Shown here one piece after another: positions 37,520 to 47,600 of a stretch of 64,000 nucleotides of DNA. How positions within the stretch are numbered: the stretch's first letter is position 1; each line of letters opens with the position of its first letter. The DNA comes from a virus, in IMG/VR virus record IMGVR_UViG_3300032223_001001, positions 1 through 64,000 of that record, one strand, 5' to 3'. The notes below the pieces were generated by a model, which worked only from the letters and a program-made list of their open reading frames with translations, was not told the DNA's origin and searched no databases. The position numbers and the translations under genes were made by a program.

Positions 37520-38509
37520 TTAATCTTCGTCAGAATCCATTGAAGGTGATTCGGTTAATGTAAAATCTAATCCACCCATTTTTTCAACCCAGTAGCTAGC
37601 ATATTCTTCTTTATACTTATCCAACGCTTCTTTTGTATCTGGAATATAACCATTATGAACCGCAATTAGTTTAGAGTCCTTGAAACCTAGACCATTTACG
37701 TGATTTTTAAGTATAGATACTTTTGTCCTAATAGCAAATGATATTTTTCTTTTATTTTTAGTCGCATCAATATGATTAATACCCGCCTTTTTTTGGTTTC
37801 CAAATAAAAATACTAACGACGCAGCTAACCATATCGCATTACCACCTTTACTTTTTATTTCAGGTTGCCCCATAGGTGAATCTGGGAGTTCTACCCACGG
37901 TTGAGCTATTACAACAAATGTATTATAGTATGGGAAGTCTTCTTTTTTAGACTTTGTAATACGTGAATGTATCCCCATCCCTATTTTATCAGCTAAAACC
38001 TTAGCATTGTGCATTCCCCCACCTTTACCATCAAAAGTCATCTGGCAGGGGATGGATCCGATTGAGTCCCATAGGAATAGTAGGTTATAAGGTATATCCC
38101 CTTTTTCTTGAGCGTCAAGGATATCATTTATAAAATCTGTTGCTTGTTCAATATAATCAAACGAGTCATTAAAAATAAACTGACCATCCCATTCCCCATT
38201 TTCATTCTGTTGAGCTTGTAAACCTAACTCAACAGCATGCCGCCAGGACCATTTCTTTTCGGTTATTATAAACACCGGTAAATGACCTTTTCTTTGAGCA
38301 TCAGCCGCAGCTAAAACCATCGCAGTCGATTTTCCTGCGTTGCTGTGCCCTAACATCATTGATATCCCCCCCATTACAGGACCGGGTATTCCACACGCTT
38401 CATGGAATGCTTCACCGCAGTAATAATAGTCTTCCGCTTTATATTTTGTTTTTGTAGAATATTTGGATTTTATCGCATCCAATGATATTTCTTTTTTCTT
38501 TAATGCCAT
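37520..38509 (-). CDS. uvsX: RecA/UvsX recombinase
   Basis: GHSNAGKST Walker A, LWDSIGS Walker B, KGGNA, KNHVNG. Confidence 0.88.
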   Translation of the reverse strand: MALKKKEISLDAIKSKYSTKTKYKAEDYYYCGEAFHEACGIPGPVMGGISMMLGHSNAGKSTAMVLAAADAQRKGHLPVFIITEKKWSWRHAVELGLQAQQNENGEWDGQFIFNDSFDYIEQATDFINDILDAQEKGDIPYNLLFLWDSIGSIPCQMTFDGKGGGMHNAKVLADKIGMGIHSRITKSKKEDFPYYNTFVVIAQPWVELPDSPMGQPEIKSKGGNAIWLAASLVFLFGNQKKAGINHIDATKNKRKISFAIRTKVSILKNHVNGLGFKDSKLIAVHNGYIPDTKEALDKYKEEYASYWVEKMGGLDFTLTESPSMDSDED

Positions 38510-38590
38510 ATAAATTAAATTAATTGTTTATAGTAATTATCGTTAAATTTGGGTGATAAATCAATGATTCCTTGGTTTTTCTCAACAAGT

Positions 38591-38821
38591 TTATTGTTGT
38601 TTAATAAGGAAGTCCGCGGTAGACACATTTTTTCCGTGAATATACCAAATAACATTTTCAGTATTATCCACTTCACCAATTTTACAATTATCACACCAAA
38701 CATCCCTCCACATATTATCTTCAAAACCATAAGTTGTATTAAGGTCTTTTATTAATTTCAATGCTTTTAGATTGAACGCAAAAGTACTCGGCATCTTAAA
38801 ATCACAATTTTCTGGGTTAGC
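38591..38821 (-). pseudogene. C-terminal fragment of the IS-disrupted glycosyltransferase
   Basis: ANPENCDFKMPSTF...FED...IHGKNVS joins in frame to ...YNNLG. Confidence 0.8.
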
Positions 38822-38846
38822 CCCGATAAAATAAACTTATTCAAAA

Positions 38847-40394
38847 TTAAACATTTTGTTTTAATTTACTTCTACCCACAAAAATGGGCTTCGCTCCTGT
38901 CACCAGGTCTTGGCCGTTTCGGTTTGAATCTTTTGAATTCACATTATCCAACTGCCGTTTTTCAATTATTGCTCTAACTTTTTTAGGATTCATTTTCAAG
39001 ATAATTTCGTTATCATGACCACGACCCAAAATCATTTTAGCCGCATTATAACCGGATGGTACACCCTTGTTTGAACAATGTTCATTTAAACAATAAAATA
39101 GATCATTCTTGCGTTCACCGAAGTGGTCACACGAACAACATACTTGTGATGTATATGCCGGATTTATTTCTTTTTTCTCAATAGAGTTTACGTTAAATTT
39201 GTAGTCCATACGTTCTCGAACCAAACCTTTTGTCCAAGTAGTTAACAATAATTTAACTTTTTTATTATATTTCTTACCACCTTTAGATTGAAATGTTAAG
39301 TCCTCAATAAAAACCAATGTTGGTTTTTCTTCATCAATAAATTTATTGATTGCTGAATTTGTTATTTTCCTAACTTCTTCCTTAAGTGAATTTTGTTTTT
39401 TATTATATTTCTTTTTTCCTAAATTAAATTTATTTATATTATTAATTTTTTGTTGACAAGTTTTAATTTCTTCAGGATTGTTTGAATTTTTTATTGTATT
39501 TTTTAATTCTTTAATTAAAACATGGTATGGTTGTCTTTTTTTGTTTTTTTCGGAAAAATGATTAGTATATGTTGTTAATATTTTATTTAATCCTTCACCA
39601 TATGAATTTTCAGATGAAGTGTCCAAGACATTTATAAAGTTTTTATCAACACCAATTTCATTTACATTAAATGTATTTTCTTTAACTTTAGGTTCAATTG
39701 TTTTATGTATTGAAAAAATATTTCTATCTGGATTATATTTAATTATTAAATTTCCTGTAAATCTATCTTTAGTGTTAATCTTAATCGGAATTCGTTGACC
39801 TTTAACCAGACCCATAATTAAAAGATAATCACCTTTATAACTATACATTTCGTTATCAATCATCATTGACATACTTTTTTGTCTAGGTATTTCAGATTTT
39901 TTATTCCGTATAATTCTAGATAAAAACTTGTTTAGTTTTATTTTATCTAGATCGTCAAACTTCTTATCCAGTCCATTAACTGGTAAACAATTTAATACTT
40001 GATACAATAACGTATCACTTTTTAATATTGTGAATAAATAATGTTTTTCAACATCATTAAAATTTTCATTTTTAGAAATTAATGGTCTTATTTTATTTTT
40101 AAGATTAGACCAATTAGATTTTATGTTCGGTATAGCACTTTCAATACTATTACGTACAAATCTTCTGTTTATTGACCAATCATCAATGAAACCCGAATTA
40201 GTCCATTCATTTCGAATATATTTTCTTGAATTTTTAATCAATAAAATTGACCCTACACCAGAATATCTAGAAAAGATATAATTCTTAACATTCACACATT
40301 TACCCATAATGAACAATAGTTCGTCAAGAAGATTTTTATCCTCAATAACACCATATTGTTTAACGGTTTTTTGATATGTTGAATTATTTATCAT
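38847..40394 (-). CDS. tnpB: Large TnpB (515 aa) with RuvC-III Asp replaced by Gly
   Basis: IGVDKN, FIEDL, NPAYTSQVCCSC, SGYNAAKMI. Confidence 0.85.
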   Translation of the reverse strand: MINNSTYQKTVKQYGVIEDKNLLDELLFIMGKCVNVKNYIFSRYSGVGSILLIKNSRKYIRNEWTNSGFIDDWSINRRFVRNSIESAIPNIKSNWSNLKNKIRPLISKNENFNDVEKHYLFTILKSDTLLYQVLNCLPVNGLDKKFDDLDKIKLNKFLSRIIRNKKSEIPRQKSMSMMIDNEMYSYKGDYLLIMGLVKGQRIPIKINTKDRFTGNLIIKYNPDRNIFSIHKTIEPKVKENTFNVNEIGVDKNFINVLDTSSENSYGEGLNKILTTYTNHFSEKNKKRQPYHVLIKELKNTIKNSNNPEEIKTCQQKINNINKFNLGKKKYNKKQNSLKEEVRKITNSAINKFIDEEKPTLVFIEDLTFQSKGGKKYNKKVKLLLTTWTKGLVRERMDYKFNVNSIEKKEINPAYTSQVCCSCDHFGERKNDLFYCLNEHCSNKGVPSGYNAAKMILGRGHDNEIILKMNPKKVRAIIEKRQLDNVNSKDSNRNGQDLVTGAKPIFVGRSKLKQNV

Positions 40395-40986
40395 CTAATA
40401 TCTGTTTAATTTTATCAATTGAATTTTTATTTTGATGACTTCTACTACCATATAATTTTGATGAAAACACAGTGATAATTTCAACAACATCATTCACAAA
40501 TTCAGATTGACTATCTAAATGATGGTTATCGTTAATTATTTCAATTTCAACATTCTTCAATTCACACAAAAAATAAATTAATTCATAACCAAAACGAATT
40601 AAACGATCTCTATTAGTTAACACAATTCGTTCAACTTCATTATTATCAATCATTTTGATTAATTCTAACAAACCTTTTTTCTTGTAGTTAATGCCAGATC
40701 CAAAATCTTGGATTAATGTGAAATTATATCCTTTAGACGAACAATAAAGACTTAACATTTCAACTTGTCGTTCCAAGTCTTTATTCTGTCCTCGAGTACT
40801 AACTCTAGCGTACGCTATTGTTTTTCTTGTGTTGGTTTGATTTAAGTTTTTTATGAATTGATTTTCATCATATCGTCTATGACCACCTTCGGTTCTAAAA
40901 GAAGTTATTTTTCCTTCACGTTCCCATCTACGCAGTGTACCTGCGGCAATATTTAATTTTTTTGATAATTGTGAAATCGTTAACAT
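40384..40986 (-). CDS. tnpA: IS607 TnpA serine recombinase
   Basis: TLRRWE...TEGGHRRY, YARVST, DFGSGIN, DRLIRFG, FSSKLYG. Confidence 0.95.
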   Translation of the reverse strand: MLTISQLSKKLNIAAGTLRRWEREGKITSFRTEGGHRRYDENQFIKNLNQTNTRKTIAYARVSTRGQNKDLERQVEMLSLYCSSKGYNFTLIQDFGSGINYKKKGLLELIKMIDNNEVERIVLTNRDRLIRFGYELIYFLCELKNVEIEIINDNHHLDSQSEFVNDVVEIITVFSSKLYGSRSHQNKNSIDKIKQILDDK

Positions 40987-41050
40987 ATTATAACTTCTTT
41001 ATTATAAATATAACTAAAGTTTAGAAAAGTTCAAGTTTATCTAAAAAAAA

Positions 41051-41503
41051 TTAATTTTTTATTGACTGTTTAAACCCCAAATTATTATAATCACCGGTTC
41101 TAAATAAATTACCATTAAGTTGATATTTCATTTTTGATGAAATCACATCAACATCATTTTCTTCAAAATATTTAACGATGGTCATTATATAATCCTTTTT
41201 ATATATTTCATCATCATCAATCTTGACAAAAATGTCATATTCATCATAATTATTAACCGCAAAAATAGCGTTCATATGATTATTATGTTGGTGTTGGTTA
41301 GGTGTAAATATTACTGAATTCTTATCACTTTTTAAGTCATCAAAAATTTTAACCATATCAATTTCTCTATTCACAACTTGATTAATTGTTATATTAACCG
41401 AATGAAATATATTTTGGTATGTTTGATTTGTTATATCTTGTATACAACTTCTTAACATTTTTAATCTACCCAAGCTTGGTGTAAAACATAATATTTTTTT
41501 CAT
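41051..41503 (-). pseudogene. N-terminal part of a GT2-like glycosyltransferase disrupted by IS607
   Basis: ILCFTPS.GR..ML...I..I.NQTY, KIDDDEIY; last 7 aa derive from the IS. Confidence 0.8.
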
Positions 41504-41577
41504 TTTCTATTAAAAATAAAAAAAGGGTAGTGATTGTAAATAACCACTACCCTCTATAAGGGTCTTTTTTTTAATTG

Positions 41578-42441
41578 TTAGAATGGAAGATCTTCATCTA
41601 CCTCAGCGTTTGCTTGAGGGTCTTCGTATGTAGTTGTAGTTTGAGTTTTTGTTCCACCTATTACCACTTCACCTTCTGTTGAGTCACCATATACCATTTT
41701 ACCTAATGCTGAATCCCATCTTGGAGTTTCACCTCTAGCGATAGCTTCAAGGTATTCAACTGGTTTTTTGGAGTATACGTCTCTCCACGTTGTGGTATCT
41801 GTTGCCCAGGTTGTTGCTTGTTCTTTATCATCATGTAAAGGTGCTGGGTCTTCGTACATTACTGTTTGAATAATTGTATATTCACTTCCTTTTGGTGATT
41901 TCGCCATTGCTAGTTCAAGGATAATATCTCTACCATTGTCTGGGTTTGTGATATCACCTTTAGATCTAAATAAAGGAATGATTTTATCCAATACACCTTC
42001 ATTTTTGTAGTTGTGTTTGAATCTCCAGAATTTTGGACCATCTTGTTCATTATCTCTATCGATAACTTTAACAACATAAAATTTTCTTGTTCTATATTGG
42101 TCCGCTAATTTCTTGTCAGATTCTTTACCAGTTGATCTTAAGTCATCATATACTTCTGTTAATGGTGAACGTTCTCCATCATTTTTGTCTGGGTCATAGA
42201 ATTTTGTTGTTTTTCCATCGATATATATTTCGTGGAACCACGCTTCTTTGAATGGTGAAGATCCGTCATCTGTTGGAAGGATTCTCAATCTTCGTTGTCC
42301 TTGTTTTTCACCTTTTGGTAATACTGCCGCGAAATATCGCTTTAGTCTGTCCTCCTGACTAATTTTAGGAGTTGATGAATTTTTTTGTTGTGCTTGCTCG
42401 TATTGGTTTAATACTGCATCTAATACATTGTTCGTCGCCAT
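41578..42441 (-). CDS. Single-stranded DNA-binding protein (T4 gp32-like)
   Basis: RLRILP, VKVIDRD...GPKFW, GDIT...GRDI, acidic tail DEDLPF. Confidence 0.8.
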   Translation of the reverse strand: MATNNVLDAVLNQYEQAQQKNSSTPKISQEDRLKRYFAAVLPKGEKQGQRRLRILPTDDGSSPFKEAWFHEIYIDGKTTKFYDPDKNDGERSPLTEVYDDLRSTGKESDKKLADQYRTRKFYVVKVIDRDNEQDGPKFWRFKHNYKNEGVLDKIIPLFRSKGDITNPDNGRDIILELAMAKSPKGSEYTIIQTVMYEDPAPLHDDKEQATTWATDTTTWRDVYSKKPVEYLEAIARGETPRWDSALGKMVYGDSTEGEVVIGGTKTQTTTTYEDPQANAEVDEDLPF

Positions 42442-42471
42442 TTTGTGTATAAATTAAATTGTTATAAGTTA

Positions 42472-42500
42472 AGTATAGGTTCAAAATATTTAATTGTCAA
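42472..42500 (-). promoter_or_regulatory. Near-consensus sigma70-type promoter upstream of SSB
   Basis: TTGACA-N17-TATACT. Confidence 0.55.
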
Positions 42501-42515
42501 ATAAAATCTTAAAAT

Positions 42516-42543
42516 AAAAATGGGATCATTTCTAATCCCATTT
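42516..42543 (-). terminator. Intrinsic terminator
   Basis: AAATGGGAT/ATCCCATTT stem. Confidence 0.6.
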
Positions 42544-42569
42544 CGTGAAATTTCATTTCCACCTTTTCC

Positions 42570-43214
42570 TTATATTTTTGTAAAACCAGATTTGTCTTTA
42601 TTTTCGTCGTCGTAGTTTCTGAATGATTTTTTAATTTCGTGTGGTGAAAAATCTTCCACTTCATCTTTTGTTAAAATATATTCATCTTTTCCTTGTTGTT
42701 CAAACTTATCTTGATTGTCACTAAAGAAGTCGGATAGTTTTTGACTATATGGTCCTGAATCCAATGATCTTAATTGAAGTTTTTCTTCTGGTGATTTTTC
42801 TCTATATTTTTCAAGTTTTGCTTCAAGATCGTTTAATTTATTAACGATTGTATCCATATCACCCAATCTGTTTTCAAGATCTGTTAAATGACTAAATAAT
42901 TGTTGGAAATATTCTTCTTGTTTTTCTTCAACATTCTTTTGTGATTTCACTAAGTCCGTTATTTCCAATTCTTCTTTTTTTGATTCTTCTTCACCAACTT
43001 TTTCAACTTCCGGATCTTGTGCTACATCCACTGGTTGTGGTGCTGGTGGAGTTGTTGGTGCAACTTCTGGTTGTGGCATTGCATCCATTGGTGGTAGCTC
43101 CGCCATTGGGTCTTCCGCTGGTGGTGGTGGTAATTGAGCTTCTTGTTCCATAACATATTGATTAATGGAGTTGAATCTCGCAACTTCTTCTAATATTTTT
43201 CTATCGATTCCCAT
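42570..43214 (-). CDS. Acidic Pro-rich coiled-coil hypothetical protein
   Basis: 214 aa; disordered P/E-rich region followed by heptad repeats. Confidence 0.65.
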   Translation of the reverse strand: MGIDRKILEEVARFNSINQYVMEQEAQLPPPPAEDPMAELPPMDAMPQPEVAPTTPPAPQPVDVAQDPEVEKVGEEESKKEELEITDLVKSQKNVEEKQEEYFQQLFSHLTDLENRLGDMDTIVNKLNDLEAKLEKYREKSPEEKLQLRSLDSGPYSQKLSDFFSDNQDKFEQQGKDEYILTKDEVEDFSPHEIKKSFRNYDDENKDKSGFTKI

Positions 43215-43215
43215 A

Positions 43216-43440
43216 TTATCCGTTTAATAATTGTTTAACTCCTGTATTTGTTTCAACCTGAATTCGTTTATTTGTGTTGATTGTATTATCAACTCGTTCA
43301 ATTAATCCGTCTCGCATTCTTATTGTATAACAACTTCCTGTGTCTAGATCACAAACTTCCTTGAGTCCATTTCCTGCGTCTTTTTCTGAGTATCTTGTTG
43401 GTTTTCCAAGATAATTCTCTAATATCGTTTTTGTATTCAT
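43216..43440 (-). CDS. Small hypothetical protein
   Basis: 74 aa, preceded by TATTTATA, coupled to the next gene. Confidence 0.65.
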   Translation of the reverse strand: MNTKTILENYLGKPTRYSEKDAGNGLKEVCDLDTGSCYTIRMRDGLIERVDNTINTNKRIQVETNTGVKQLLNG

Positions 43441-43497
43441 AATAATCCCTTTATATATATATAAATATATGATATAATGAAAAAAATCAATGTAAAA

Positions 43498-43529
43498 TAA
43501 AAACCCCCCATTTTATTATGGAGGGTTTG
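43498..43529 (-). terminator. Intrinsic terminator
   Basis: AAACCC.CCAT/ATGG.GGGTTT stem plus U-tract. Confidence 0.65.
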
Positions 43530-43546
43530 AATTGTTTTTTTAATTT

Positions 43547-43765
43547 TTATAGTGGTAATTCACTTACAACTGGGTTGTAAGGTATAAGTGGTAATTCGTG
43601 GATCCACTCAACCATACCTTGGTGTGTGCATCCGTTTACTTCCTCTACGGAAATAAACCAGCTTCCGTCAGCGTCTTGAGTTGGGTTGAAATATTGAACT
43701 CCGTCCCATGTTTGACCTACCAATAGGTCTTTTTGTTCGATTGTTAATTTGTATACGTTTTCCAT
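43547..43765 (-). CDS. Small partner protein of the accessory tail protein
   Basis: YFNPTQDADGSWFISVEE; directly follows 43787..44614. Confidence 0.6.
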   Translation of the reverse strand: MENVYKLTIEQKDLLVGQTWDGVQYFNPTQDADGSWFISVEEVNGCTHQGMVEWIHELPLIPYNPVVSELPL

Positions 43766-43786
43766 GTGTTGTTTAATGAGTTAAGG

Positions 43787-44614
43787 TTATACGTTACGAC
43801 CTAATGCAACTTGATATTTTTGTACTGCTGTGTAGAAGTTAGCTGCTTCAGTGTCTGTTAAACCGTCTCCAATTGAAGCGAATGCTGATTCATTACCTGA
43901 GTTAGATCCAGCACTATATCCTAATAATGTAACAGGAGCAAGGGGGAGGGAATTAGTATCCAGTGTAGTATTAGTAGCAATGGAACTGCCGTTTCGATAC
44001 AATTTTCTTAATGTGGATGATGTTTCACTACCAATAAAGAAACCTGAAAGTGTGTTTGATGCTAATGCATTAACTGCATCACTTCCCGCAGAGAAATATG
44101 TTGATCCGCCACCAGTTTTATTATTTGTTCTTAATGCTAACCATGATGTTCCAGAACCATATGAATAATCAACTAATATTTCGGCTGAATATGCAATTAG
44201 TGGGGAAGCAGTTCTTGAATAGAACGATACGTGGAGGTTTGAATTAGTTAAATTGGTTTGAGCATATAAATTAGTATTTGCCCAGGCATTACTTGCATTA
44301 CCAGCATATCCAGTTGGTGAATGAACACCACCACCATTATATGACAATCTGAATGCTTCATTCAAATCGCGTGGGTCTTTAAGGTTGAATTTGTGTTGTG
44401 CCGCAGTTCCACCCACGAATGGATATAGAGCTTTCATTTTAGTCCATATACCGTAACCTTTAAGGTCGGTTACCAGGGTATTGATTGCGTTTTGTTGGGT
44501 TGTGTTGGTGATTGCCGCAGCAGTGATGAACGCTTGAGCATCCGCATCAACACCCCCACCACTTGGGGTTTTAAAGCCAACTCTTCCTTGGCCTAGATTG
44601 TTAAAATAAGTCAT
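43787..44614 (-). CDS. Accessory virion protein with LamG/concanavalin-like domain
   Basis: DADAQAFITAA...LK..GIW.KMKALYPFVGG; LYRNG; GLTDTEAANFYTAVQ.YQ..LGR. Confidence 0.6.
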   Translation of the reverse strand: MTYFNNLGQGRVGFKTPSGGGVDADAQAFITAAAITNTTQQNAINTLVTDLKGYGIWTKMKALYPFVGGTAAQHKFNLKDPRDLNEAFRLSYNGGGVHSPTGYAGNASNAWANTNLYAQTNLTNSNLHVSFYSRTASPLIAYSAEILVDYSYGSGTSWLALRTNNKTGGGSTYFSAGSDAVNALASNTLSGFFIGSETSSTLRKLYRNGSSIATNTTLDTNSLPLAPVTLLGYSAGSNSGNESAFASIGDGLTDTEAANFYTAVQKYQVALGRNV

Positions 44615-44648
44615 AAATTATTTTTTATATATAAATATTTGGATAAAC

Positions 44649-44680
44649 AAAAAAATCCACCATTTGGGTGGATTATTTTT
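44649..44680 (-). terminator. Intrinsic terminator
   Basis: AATCCACC/GGTGGATT stem with A/T tracts. Confidence 0.75.
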
Positions 44681-44681
44681 A

Positions 44682-47600
44682 TTAATTAAATGAATTAAAT
44701 ACAGTTATTGCGTTCTTAACCTTTTTCTCCATATTTTCCAGGGATGTTTTATCTAACGAAGAATAAACATTTGGATTTTGTTGTTGTGATGAAATATTTT
44801 GAATTAGGAATTGTGTTATTGATTTTTCATCTACTGTAATACCCCCCATTCTACTTTTCCATCTATTAATTAAAAAACGAACATGACTTGATAGGTCTTT
44901 AAACTCGGCGTATGGTAGTGTTATTTTGTTTGAGGATAGACAGAAGAATTGTTCATATATTAGTGTTTGTATTGACGCACCCCAATATCCGTTTAGATCT
45001 ATTCCCGCGAAATTATTTTCATATGCTTTAAGTCTTGTTCCGTCGTTTGATTCGGCGAACATGGCCGCAAATAGCACATATTTTAATTTCCCATCATCTG
45101 TTGGTAGGTTTTCCAGTATGGCAGTTTTGACTTGTTTATATGTCACAAAATATTCCGTTGGTGTTGTATTGATTGGATATTTTTCATATGCCTTGTTTGG
45201 TGTACAATTTGTGGATATTGTTTTTTGTCCATCAATTTTATCCGTTGTTTTGTCTTTTTGGGATATTAGATTTCCTTGTTCGTCTTTTGTTTGTTTTTCT
45301 TCTTCAATTTTGTCTTGTTTATTTTTATCAATAATATGTTGCAATAAATTTGTTTTTATTACGGCCAAGAAATCATCTTGTTTTGAAATTTGTGCTGTTG
45401 GTTGTCTAACCCCCTCGAATATTGTTTCGAATGTTCCTGGTTTAATGGAGTGTGTTACTTTTGTTATCATGTATGGTCCATTATACATTGGAACGTGTCT
45501 TAAGTTGAAGTACATGGCCGGTTGTATCATGGCGTTCCCCATCATGGATACGGTACATGTATAACTTCTAACTTTATATAAATTATATAGGGATACGCTT
45601 TGACTAACCCCTTTTACGTTGTGGTAGTTATTTGCTAGTTCGGTTAATAATTGTAATGATTCCGCTGTTGGTGTATGATTATCTTGACTAACCATGAAAC
45701 TTGTGAACATGGATTGATTTTGTGGTCCAATATCGATATTAAACCCCGCAACCTTGTTTGACTTATCATGATCCTTTTTATTTGTTTGATCTTCGGATAA
45801 TACATTCCCACATTTTAGTTCAAACGAATCATCATTTCGTTGTGTTAGGTCGGTATCCATGGCAAGTTGTTCACTGGATTTTCCGGCATACATACACACC
45901 ATTTTTGTGGATGATTCCCTGGTATCCACATTTAAGAATGTTCCGAACATGTTGTTGGCAAAATCCCCGCTGGCTTCAGGTTTTGGTATTGCATTTTTCA
46001 TGACCGTTTGTACATTATAAAAATTAACATATGCCGGAACATACATCACCTTAAAGTGGTTGGATGTTATTATTCCATGAACAAGGTCAATCATCGATCT
46101 TTTTGCGTTAACTTCATTGGTGATTAACATCGCTTCCTTAAGTTTGTATATATCAACAATCACTTTATTTCCAATATCCCTGCTCGCTCTATCAATAAAC
46201 ATAACGTCTTCAAACAGTGTTCTGGTTTTAAGATCCGCTCCGGCAATCCATTTATCATTTATTGCCTTAAAAGATGACCATAAATCCCTTTTTATAAAAC
46301 CACCTGAAGCTAGTTCGGTGGATATTGTTATCGGTGTATCATTAACATCGGGTAACTCCTTTTGAAGTTTTATCATCAAACTATTGATGATTTTATCTTG
46401 AAATAAATCGTTTTTGGTTAAATAATCTTCCATTAATTGAATGAACTTAAGATTATTCAACGTATTATCTTTTAATTTTTGTGTTGCGTAAATTTTAATT
46501 AATGGTGTGAATGTTTTAATATTTGGTACATTAAACTCAACATTATTATCAATAAAGAAATCGGTAATATATGAACCATTATCCGCATATTTCAACCCAT
46601 CAATTTCCGAAAACCCAACATATGTTTTAAGTGTTGACCATTCTAAAGGATAGTTTGTTTGTGATGTTACTAATGTTATTGACCCCCCATTATATGGTAG
46701 GGCGTTTGGTGACGCTGCGGTATATGGTGTCCATTGATAACCATCTATTATTTCATGTTGTGAAAAAGTGTAAAACAATTTTTTATTAAAACTGGAAGGA
46801 TTTCCATACTTAAAGTATACGTCTTTATATATAAAATCGTTTAAAACCGCATTTAATGTTTGTAGTTGTCGTTGTTGAATTAAGGTTATTAATTCATTTG
46901 TTGTCGCCCCCGTTGTTTTTTGAATTTTCATTATATCCAACATAAGCATTTGGAAGTTAACAAAACTTTTTTCATTTTCTTTTGGGGTAAACACCGCTCC
47001 GGTATCATAATCATAAATTGATTTTGAGAAGTTAAGGAATTCATTCTCAAACATATCCAAAATTTCTTTATTGAATACCGTCAATATTTCGGAAATATCC
47101 GAATACGTATTTGTCCCATTAAAGGAGAAATTTTCTTGATTGGAAGATTTCGGATTAATGGTTTTTATATATTGTTGAGGTGTTGGTCTTGTGATTCTTG
47201 TATTATCAAAATATCCATAATTTGGTGCTGACCAAAACATCCTAACCGATCCATTATATATGGAATCATTGTTTAACACCTCCGTTGTTAAATTATTTGC
47301 TGAATTAAAACATTCATATTCCGTTTGATTGATAAATGATCCTTCGGATGGAAATATATATGTATTTAAGTCGTCTTGAGAATTGACACTAATAGTCCAG
47401 GGGATAATTCTAATATCCCTATTCCCATTATTTGGATCAACTCCTTTACCTTTATTAATTATTGCTTCAGAAATATAGTTCATCGTCAAACCTGACGCGA
47501 ACCCCTTGTTTATTTCCGTTGAAGTATAATTTTGGAATAGTTCATATCCTTGATAGAATACATTAAAATCATTTATTAATTTTGGGTAAAATCCGGTGTT

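Larger units (their letters stand above)
38822..41074 (-). mobile_element. IS607-family element B inserted at a G-run in a glycosyltransferase gene
   Basis: Junctions TTGGGG|TTTAAAC and TTTATCGGG|GCTAAC; AAACTT subterminal repeats. Confidence 0.9.

Noticed and set aside
35147-40394. Cas12/Cas14 CRISPR effectors
   Set aside because: No repeat-spacer array was seen, and both genes are coupled to IS607 tnpA
35075-41074. IStron (group I intron-IS607 hybrid)
   Set aside because: Only about 90-100 AT-rich nt lie between each left end and tnpA, too short for a group I core
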